Virus record (IMG/VR): IMGVR_UViG_3300018080_000162
DNA length: 20,000 nt
DNA from: an uncultured virus (IMG/VR IMGVR_UViG_3300018080_000162)
Lineage: Duplodnaviria > Heunggongvirae > Uroviricota > Caudoviricetes
Reading direction: 5' to 3' (one strand)
Each line of letters begins with the position of its first letter. The first letter of the stretch is position 1. This document shows, one piece after another, positions 13,820 to 19,573 of this stretch. A program made the position numbers and the translations under genes. The notes under the pieces were generated by a model. It saw nothing but the letters and a program-made list of their open reading frames with translations, was not told the DNA's origin and did no database searches.

Positions 13820-14341
13820 ATCGGTTACACACATTACTGGAATTCTGGAAGCTGTGATACGGAGAAAGACAAGGAAGGCTACACGAAAGCCCTGGCGATT
13901 ATCCGGGACATCGTGAAGCGGTACGACAAAATCCTCAGGTGGGATGAAGACAAGCCTCGCAAGAGAGCCGAAGTGAATGAGGAAAACGTTCGCTTCAACG
14001 GCATCGGAGACAACGGCCACGAAACGTTCCTGTTCAAAATCGGCGAGGAATTCGAATTCTGCAAGACCGCTCGAAAGCCCTACGACATCGCCGTGTGCGA
14101 GTGCCTTCTGGTGCTCAAGGCCCACATGCCGAACCTCGAAATCAAGTCAGACGGCTTCTCAGGCTACCTGAACGACCAGCAAAACAAGGTCATACTGGAC
14201 GAGTCTTGGGATGAGGCTATCGAGAACGTGCGGGAACTCTACGGCATCCACTTTCATGCCTTTATCGAGAATGAGCGGCCTCCCTACTGCGATATGAACG
14301 TCGCTTTCGAAGGCATCGAGGAACCCGAAAAGAAGTCCTGA
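13820..14341 (+). CDS. Hypothetical phage protein of the (M)GYTHYW...HETF...FCKTARKPYD type, 173 aa, probable ATC start
   Basis: GAAAGG/AGGTG SD-like sequence directly before ATC-GGT-TAC-ACA-CAT-TAC-TGG; the alternative TTG 13763 lies inside the HNH gene without an SD. Confidence 0.7.
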   Translation: MGYTHYWNSGSCDTEKDKEGYTKALAIIRDIVKRYDKILRWDEDKPRKRAEVNEENVRFNGIGDNGHETFLFKIGEEFEFCKTARKPYDIAVCECLLVLKAHMPNLEIKSDGFSGYLNDQQNKVILDESWDEAIENVRELYGIHFHAFIENERPPYCDMNVAFEGIEEPEKKS

Positions 14342-14363
14342 TTTCCCCTCTCCTCTTCACCGT

Positions 14364-14399
14364 ATTTGGGAGTAGCAAAACTACTCCCAAATTTTTTTT
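14364..14399 (+). terminator. Intrinsic terminator
   Basis: ATTTGGGAGTAG-CAAAA-CTACTCCCAAAT followed by a T run. Confidence 0.9.
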
Positions 14400-14418
14400 G
14401 GAATTTTTAGAAAAAAAC

Positions 14419-14447
14419 TTGACTTCCTACCGATAAAAGAGTATAAT
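14419..14447 (+). promoter_or_regulatory. Near-consensus sigma70 promoter
   Basis: TTGACT-17 nt-TATAAT with an upstream A tract. Confidence 0.85.
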
Positions 14448-14473
14448 ATGTCAGAAAGGGTCATTGTGTAGAA

Positions 14474-14662
14474 ATGGTTTATGGACTTATGAACAAACAA
14501 GCGATTGAGAAACGATTGAACAGGCGAGGCGTAATAGCGGTGCATGTAGGCCCCACAGGAAGGGTGCGCGAACTGACCCGCAAAGACCTCTCCAAGGAAC
14601 CGCCCAAGCGTGGGAACCTGTATACGCGCCTTGTAGGGGGGAAGAGCATTATCTGCCTGTAG
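14474..14662 (+). CDS. Basic hypothetical protein, 62 aa
   Basis: Only ORF between the sigma70 promoter and the terminator. Confidence 0.7.
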   Translation: MVYGLMNKQAIEKRLNRRGVIAVHVGPTGRVRELTRKDLSKEPPKRGNLYTRLVGGKSIICL

Positions 14663-14687
14663 CATCTGCTGGTTTTCTTTCTGTGCT

Positions 14688-14718
14688 AACGGGTCTCTTC
14701 GGAGACCCGTTTTTTTTT
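14688..14718 (+). terminator. Intrinsic terminator with a UUCG loop
   Basis: AACGGGTCTC-TTCG-GAGACCCGTT followed by a T run. Confidence 0.92.
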
Positions 14719-14729
14719 GGCCTTTTCCG

Positions 14730-14788
14730 AACTCGCCGATTTCCCCTTCTGCGCGGCATTCTTAACAGAATGCCCTGTGAGAAGTTTT
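14730..14788 (+). repeat. Intergenic repeat R1, copy 6
   Basis: AACTCGCCGATTTCCCCTTCTGCGCGGCATTCTTAACAGAATGCCCTGTGAGA. Confidence 0.85.
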
Positions 14789-14801
14789 CTGAGAGTTTTT
14801 C

Positions 14802-14830
14802 TTGCCTTCCCTTGCTTTCCCGTGTATAAT
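14802..14830 (+). promoter_or_regulatory. Sigma70-like promoter
   Basis: TTGCCT-17 nt-TATAAT; ATG 14840 follows 9 nt later, implying a nearly leaderless mRNA. Confidence 0.7.
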
Positions 14831-14839
14831 AATGGTGCT

Positions 14840-15472
14840 ATGGATACGGCCAGAGACGTTTTCAATTCCCGCATGAAAGACCTTCAAAAAAGGCTTACCG
14901 AGAACGAGGTTTACCAAGGCCAAATCAATGAGAATACCAAGGCTATAGAGGCTTTTATCGAGGCTCTTGAAATCGGCCAAGAGGCTTTGCAATTCCTTGA
15001 GGATGTAGCGAATGCGCGAAGAGGCGAAATGAAGTCCAAGATTGAAATCGTGATTACCGAGGCCCTTCAACTCATCTACGGCCCCTCCTATCGCATGGAA
15101 TTGACCTATAGTATCAAGAACAATCGCTCTTGGATGGATGTCGAGGTTGTGAAACGAACTCCCCACGGCGAAATCAGGCGCACTATGGACGGTTTTGGAG
15201 GCGGTGTCAGTGACACTATCTCCGTGCCCCTGCGCCTATTGGTTTTGATTGGCTCCAAACAGACCGATAAGGTGGCTGTGCTCGACGAGGCCTATAAACA
15301 TGTTGATTTGGAACGCATCGAGGCTGTAGCGGATTTCCTGAAAGAGGTTTCAGAGAAGCTTGGGCTTCAAACTCTCCTATTCTCCCACCATGAAGCAATG
15401 GAATCGAGAGCCGATAGGGTTTTTGAGCTTCAAGATGTTTCTGGAACCACCAAGGTCGCGAAAATCGTATAG
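14840..15472 (+). CDS. SbcC/Rad50-type ABC-ATPase, stand-alone C-terminal half, 210 aa
   Basis: N-terminal coiled coil, signature-like FGGG, Walker B VAVLDEA, D-loop KHVD, H-loop LFSHH, ADRVF; no Walker A. Confidence 0.8.
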   Translation: MDTARDVFNSRMKDLQKRLTENEVYQGQINENTKAIEAFIEALEIGQEALQFLEDVANARRGEMKSKIEIVITEALQLIYGPSYRMELTYSIKNNRSWMDVEVVKRTPHGEIRRTMDGFGGGVSDTISVPLRLLVLIGSKQTDKVAVLDEAYKHVDLERIEAVADFLKEVSEKLGLQTLLFSHHEAMESRADRVFELQDVSGTTKVAKIV

Positions 15473-15700
15473 GCGATTTTTGAGATTTTTCACATTCAAC
15501 CTGTCCCTCTTCCGTCAAGGCTCCCCCAAAGGCACTTTTCGTTAAGCAACATCGTTAAGCAAAAATAGGACAGCTATGATTCTGAAAAAAAAGTCCCTCC
15601 GTAAAATTTGCCCATAGTGTATAGCTCAAATAATTCAAAATTGGTTTTGTCGAAAAACAAAAAAGGCCAAGAAAAGTTACCACAAAGAAGGCCCATAAAG

Positions 15701-15901
15701 ATGCTGGACTATGAAATCTGTCTGAAGTGCAAGTCGTTTGATTACACGCCTTTGCCAGTAACTTGGGAATGCAGAAAAAAGCTTGTCCGTTACATGACGG
15801 TGGATTCGGAGGTTCCTGAGTGGTGTCCGTTCCATTTAGAGCACAAGCTGAAAACTTTTGAGAATTTCTGTGGAAAATCTCCGCAGAATCCGTATAAATA
15901 G
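15701..15901 (+). CDS. CxxC...CPxxLEH array member 1
   Basis: MLDYEICLKC...WEC...VPEWCPFHLEH; its C-terminus runs through promoter copy 12. Confidence 0.75.
   Translation: MLDYEICLKCKSFDYTPLPVTWECRKKLVRYMTVDSEVPEWCPFHLEHKLKTFENFCGKSPQNPYK
15868..15900 (+). promoter_or_regulatory. Promoter motif P, degenerate copy 12
   Basis: CTGTGG-AAAATCTC-CGCA-GAAT-CCGTATAAATA, same spacing, followed by AAGGA SD and ATG 15917. Confidence 0.55.
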
Positions 15902-15916
15902 TTCGGAACAAGGATA

Positions 15917-16162
15917 ATGCTGAGCAAGAAGGTCTGTAAACGGTGCTGGATGAAGTTCTTCCAACGCGAAGATTTGGAGACGCTGAGGCATTTTATGTAT
16001 GATGAAGGCAGGATATTGTGTCCGACTCGCGCCAGAAGGATGATTGATGCCAGAGCTTGCCAGTTGAATGTCGGGGACGAGCCGCCAGAGAGTTGTCCGT
16101 TCTATTTGGAACACAAGCTCGATGCAGGGCAAGAAGGTCATGGAAACGATGATGAGGTTTGA
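15917..16162 (+). CDS. Array member 2
   Basis: MLSKKVCKRC...ILCP...PPESCPFYLEH. Confidence 0.85.
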   Translation: MLSKKVCKRCWMKFFQREDLETLRHFMYDEGRILCPTRARRMIDARACQLNVGDEPPESCPFYLEHKLDAGQEGHGNDDEV

Positions 16163-16307
16163 AATTTGCAGGCGGTGTCAGCACTGCAATTGGACTGAAT
16201 TCGGGGGTTCGATTTGGCTTTTCTGCAAGAATACGGGCGTAAACTGTCCGTATGAACTGGAGTTGCGGTTGAAGGTGGAAGAGGATGCTGAGCGTGGAAA
16301 TCTGTAG
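16149..16307 (+). CDS. Array member 3 (short, His replaced by Leu)
   Basis: MMRFEICRRC...LFC...NCPYELEL. Confidence 0.7.
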   Translation: MMRFEICRRCQHCNWTEFGGSIWLFCKNTGVNCPYELELRLKVEEDAERGNL

Positions 16308-16467
16308 GCAGTGTCCGCATGTGCGTCGATTGGGGTATTGGGATTATACGGCTATGGCGTGGAGATGCCAAAAGACCAGCGCGATATTGGTGGATGAAGC
16401 GTACAGCCCGCCAAAGGGTTGTCCTTTTTATTTGGAGCACAAGCTTGTTGAACAGGAAGGTTTGTAG
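16285..16467 (+). CDS. Array member 4
   Basis: MLSVEICRQC...WRC...PPKGCPFYLEH. Confidence 0.85.
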   Translation: MLSVEICRQCPHVRRLGYWDYTAMAWRCQKTSAILVDEAYSPPKGCPFYLEHKLVEQEGL

Positions 16468-16645
16468 ACAGTGTTGGAGAGAAAACGGCGAGTATGGCAA
16501 ATCGTCTTGGCGATTGAGACGATTGAAAAGAAAGCTGTATGTTTGTCCACCGAGAATCAAGAATGGGGTTGTTGGGAATCGTGCGCTGGACGAACCGCCT
16601 GAATGGTGCCCTTTTGATTTGGAGCACAAAGTCAGTGCTGAATAA
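16445..16645 (+). CDS. Array member 5 (TTG start)
   Basis: MLNRKVCRQC...YVCP...PPEWCPFDLEH; SD is the GGAG at 16433-16436 in the upstream LEH codons. Confidence 0.8.
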   Translation: MLNRKVCRQCWRENGEYGKSSWRLRRLKRKLYVCPPRIKNGVVGNRALDEPPEWCPFDLEHKVSAE

Positions 16646-16808
16646 AGAAGTTTGTGAACAGTGTGAGCATGTCAGTATGATGGGGTATTGGAATTATACG
16701 GCCCTGTCGTGGAATTGCTGCAAGACCAGTGCGGTATTGGTGGATGAAGAGGACGAGCCGCCAAAAGAGTGTCCTTATGAGCTTGAGCACAGGATAAGCG
16801 GATGTTGA
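16635..16808 (+). CDS. Array member 6 (GTG start)
   Basis: MLNKEVCEQC...WNC...PPKECPYELEH; close paralog of member 4. Confidence 0.8.
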   Translation: MLNKEVCEQCEHVSMMGYWNYTALSWNCCKTSAVLVDEEDEPPKECPYELEHRISGC

Positions 16809-17020
16809 ACAGGCAAGTGTGTGAACAGTGCCAGAAGAATAACGGCCTTGAGAAGAAGTTCAGGGCTATGATTGATTGGGAGAAAGGGATTACCGTATGC
16901 CCGCTGGTAATCAGGCATCTCATGTCGGGCGATTTCAGTTCGATAATAGTGGACACAAAGAAGCCGCCGCCGCAATGGTGTCCTTTCAAGTTCGAGCACA
17001 GGATAACGCAGGAATGTTAG
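16802..17020 (+). CDS. Array member 7
   Basis: MLNRQVCEQC...TVCP...PPQWCPFKFEH. Confidence 0.85.
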   Translation: MLNRQVCEQCQKNNGLEKKFRAMIDWEKGITVCPLVIRHLMSGDFSSIIVDTKKPPPQWCPFKFEHRITQEC

Positions 17021-17502
17021 ATTTCATGGTCTGCACAAGATGTTGGGAGAAGCACAGCCAGAGCAAGCGCGTACCGGACTGGCTGTTGGCGATGAAAAGC
17101 AATCTGATGGTTTGTCCGAACGAGTTGCCGCATGAATACAGGGGTGGCGTGACGAGAATGTCGGAACCGCCTCCGTACTGGTGTCCGGCAAGGGACGCGC
17201 ATGAAGCGTTACTCACCGCGAAGAAAGACATTCCAAAGCGAGTCAAGTCGGAGTTGAACAAGGAAGTCTGCAAACAGTGCGCCTGGAAGGAGCGGCCAAG
17301 GGAGTGGACTGATTTCGACGAGCATGTCTGGCAGACAATGGGAAAGGTTTTATGTTCTGAAGGCGGTCAATTATTGAGCATTGACAATGCTGGTTTCGGG
17401 AAGATACCGGAATGGTGTCCCTATTTTTTGGAGCACACGTTAAGCGGAAATAGGACAGGTATTTTTTCAAGGGTCAAAAGGACTTTGAAAAATCTGTTAT
17501 AG
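17014..17502 (+). CDS. Array member 8: two fused domains, 162 aa
   Basis: MLDFMVCTRC...PPYWCPARDAH, linker, then LNKEVCKQC...IPEWCPYFLEH. Confidence 0.85.
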   Translation: MLDFMVCTRCWEKHSQSKRVPDWLLAMKSNLMVCPNELPHEYRGGVTRMSEPPPYWCPARDAHEALLTAKKDIPKRVKSELNKEVCKQCAWKERPREWTDFDEHVWQTMGKVLCSEGGQLLSIDNAGFGKIPEWCPYFLEHTLSGNRTGIFSRVKRTLKNLL

Positions 17503-17533
17503 TGTGTAGCTCGAAAAACGAGAAAACGGATTT

Positions 17534-17701
17534 ATGAAAAGAATGGAGAGGGCAATATGCAGGCAGTGTCCACATTACGCGGAACTGCCTGAAGGGAGAG
17601 GCAGGTATTGGGTTTGCTGGAAGGATTCGGGCGAGTGGCAGTTCGAGTGGAACAGCCCGCCGGAGGATTGTCCTTTTTGGTTAGAACATCAATTATGTTG
17701 A
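17534..17701 (+). CDS. Array member 9, 55 aa (not in the ORF track)
   Basis: MKRMERAICRQCPHYAELPEGRGRYWVCWKDSGEWQFEWNSPPEDCPFWLEHQLC. Confidence 0.8.
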   Translation: MKRMERAICRQCPHYAELPEGRGRYWVCWKDSGEWQFEWNSPPEDCPFWLEHQLC

Positions 17702-17967
17702 AGAAAGAGATTTGCAGGCTTTGTTGCGAAACGGAGGCGGGGAGGCCTTTGCCTTCATTTTGCACAGTCACTCGCCGCGTGAAGAAGAAATCCAAAAGCA
17801 TTATCGAGTCGGTCAAAAATCGTTTTGACCGAAATTGGGCGGGTGGAGAAGTGCTTTGTTTAACGGGTCATGGGAAGAAAGGCCCGATGATATTCGTGGA
17901 AAATATAAACAAGGCACCGCCAAAGAGTTGTCCTTATTGGTTGGAACACAGAATGGAGGAAGAATAA
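17695..17967 (+). CDS. Array member 10
   Basis: MLKKEICRLC...VLC...PPKSCPYWLEH. Confidence 0.85.
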   Translation: MLKKEICRLCCETEAGRPLPSFCTVTRRVKKKSKSIIESVKNRFDRNWAGGEVLCLTGHGKKGPMIFVENINKAPPKSCPYWLEHRMEEE

Positions 17968-18239
17968 TGAAAGGTCATGCGGGTTTTGGCAGGTATGATG
18001 ATGACCCTGAGAAAATTGGCTGTCCGTATGCGAGGAGCGACATGACGCCTTGTGTGAGTAGGGACGGGGTTTCTGCTTTGACGGATGACGGAAAGTGCGT
18101 AGGTTGTGGCCGGACGCCTGCGGAGATATTGGCAGAGATTACCGAGGAAGCAGGCTCGGAGTGTATTGTTTACGGGCAGGACACGGTGGAGACGTTGGTG
18201 AAAACGGTTCGGGTCATTAGTCAGGCGAAGCCGGTATGA
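17967..18239 (+). CDS. Unrelated Cys-rich protein inside the array, 90 aa
   Basis: TAATG coupling and GGAGG SD; CPY...TPC...CVGCGRTPAEI (DUF1289-like motif, from memory). Confidence 0.75.
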   Translation: MKGHAGFGRYDDDPEKIGCPYARSDMTPCVSRDGVSALTDDGKCVGCGRTPAEILAEITEEAGSECIVYGQDTVETLVKTVRVISQAKPV

Positions 18240-18490
18240 AATCAGCGGCTAATTACAGGCTCAAAAAGGCTGTTTGCCAGCGGTGCGAGTACAGGCCGGG
18301 TGGTAAATGGACAATCGTAGATGAAATGCGTTGGCGAGGTACGGGAGAGGTATTTTGTTATTATAATGGGTATAAGAAGTTTCGGATAATGGACAGGGAG
18401 AGGTTAATGGATTGGTGTCCTTATTGGTTGGAGCACGTGATGGATTCACAGCCTGAAATTGAGCCTGAGATTAGCCGAGAATCATGTTGA
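18236..18490 (+). CDS. Array member 11
   Basis: ...LKKAVCQRC...VFC...MDWCPYWLEH. Confidence 0.85.
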   Translation: MKSAANYRLKKAVCQRCEYRPGGKWTIVDEMRWRGTGEVFCYYNGYKKFRIMDRERLMDWCPYWLEHVMDSQPEIEPEISRESC

Positions 18491-18693
18491 ACAAAGAGGT
18501 TTGCAAACGATGCGAACGGAGAGGACTGGAACGCTTCAGATGGACAGAGGTGGATGAGGAGCTTTGGAGGGAGGGGAAGATAATGTGTTATCGGTTCAAG
18601 GATGGGAAGTGTCAAAGTTTTGTTGAGAGAAGCAGGTATAAGATAGCTGAGGACTGCCCATATTTTTTGGAGCACCGAATCAGTGTTGAGTAA
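18484..18693 (+). CDS. Array member 12
   Basis: MLNKEVCKRC...IMC...AEDCPYFLEH. Confidence 0.85.
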   Translation: MLNKEVCKRCERRGLERFRWTEVDEELWREGKIMCYRFKDGKCQSFVERSRYKIAEDCPYFLEHRISVE

Positions 18694-18937
18694 AAGGGTT
18701 TGTCAGCAGTGCGGGAACAGGGTATCATGGGGAGAGAAGGATGAGGAGATGTGGGTTCGTGATTTGAGGGTTTTTTGTTACGTTTCAACTATTAGGGGGA
18801 AAAGGCCTTTCAGGATTTTGCCGATATATTTCAAACCTCCTGAGTGGTGTCCGTATTGGTTGGAGCACGTGATGGAGGCTGAAAATGGAGAAAAATCCAA
18901 CGTTCTTGGAAGCGGCTCTGAGGTTGCAGGAGATTGA
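18683..18937 (+). CDS. Array member 13 (GTG start)
   Basis: MLSKRVCQQC...VFC...PPEWCPYWLEH. Confidence 0.85.
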   Translation: MLSKRVCQQCGNRVSWGEKDEEMWVRDLRVFCYVSTIRGKRPFRILPIYFKPPEWCPYWLEHVMEAENGEKSNVLGSGSEVAGD

Positions 18938-19019
18938 GAGGGATGCTGAGGAGTTTGCTGAGCGGGTTTGGAAAGGGGTGCGGGAGGAGGTCGGGTTGAA
19001 GGATGGAGGAAAATGGTAA
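18885..19019 (+). CDS. Unrelated helical small protein, 44 aa (not in the ORF track)
   Basis: MEKNPTFLEAALRLQEIERDAEEFAERVWKGVREEVGLKDGGKW; GGAGG SD at 18874-18878. Confidence 0.65.
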   Translation: MEKNPTFLEAALRLQEIERDAEEFAERVWKGVREEVGLKDGGKW

Positions 19020-19149
19020 ACAGTGAGTGAAAAAAGGAAAAAATAGCAGGTAAAAAAACGATAAACGGCAGATGAAAAAGGGAAAAATTGGAAACCTTTG
19101 AGGATTTTGGGCTTGGCGGTCGGGCTTTGAATTGTTTTGGAGTTGGTGG

Positions 19150-19356
19150 ATGTTGAAGAAGTATCTTTGTAAGAAGTGTGTTGAGGAACAGGGATACGAT
19201 GTTTGGGATAAGCATGACGAGCGGAATTGGGAAGAGTTTGGCGAAGTGATTTGTTCATCGGCTTCGGAATTCAAGCAGATTCCGATTACAGGCAAGCCGC
19301 CTGAAGATTGCCCTTATTTTTTGGAGCACAGACTTGCTGAGCAAGAGAATTTGTAA
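19150..19356 (+). CDS. Array member 14
   Basis: MLKKYLCKKC...VIC...PPEDCPYFLEH; TTGGAG SD upstream. Confidence 0.85.
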   Translation: MLKKYLCKKCVEEQGYDVWDKHDERNWEEFGEVICSSASEFKQIPITGKPPEDCPYFLEHRLAEQENL

Positions 19357-19573
19357 GAAGTGTTATGAAGCTCACGGGATTCCTTGGGAAGATGGTTATA
19401 GTGGAATCTATCCAGAAGAAGCGTGGGCGCAAAGAAAAGTTTTGTGTCCAATCACGGAAAAGATTTGGAATGGTAGGCCAGATGATATGCCGATTTTTGT
19501 AGATTATTTTCCAATAAACGAAATTCCTAAGGACTGTAAGTTCTTTCTGGAGCATCAGTTAAGTGCTAAGTAG
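19334..19573 (+). CDS. Array member 15 (TTG start)
   Basis: MLSKRICKKC...VLCP...IPKDCKFFLEH. Confidence 0.85.
   Translation: MLSKRICKKCYEAHGIPWEDGYSGIYPEEAWAQRKVLCPITEKIWNGRPDDMPIFVDYFPINEIPKDCKFFLEHQLSAK

Noticed and set aside
2904..14770. R1 as integron attC sites (GTTTAAC fits RYYYAAC)
   Set aside because: No matching GTTRRRY closing a long imperfect palindrome in most copies, units carry their own promoters and terminators, and no integron integrase is present.
1826..17835. Upstream start codons in the ORF track (1826, 5896, 7093, 9169, 9614, 14717, 15608, 16319, 16539, 16876, 17608, 17835)
   Set aside because: They fall within promoters, tRNAs, repeats or neighbouring genes; downstream starts with an SD or the family N-terminus fit better.
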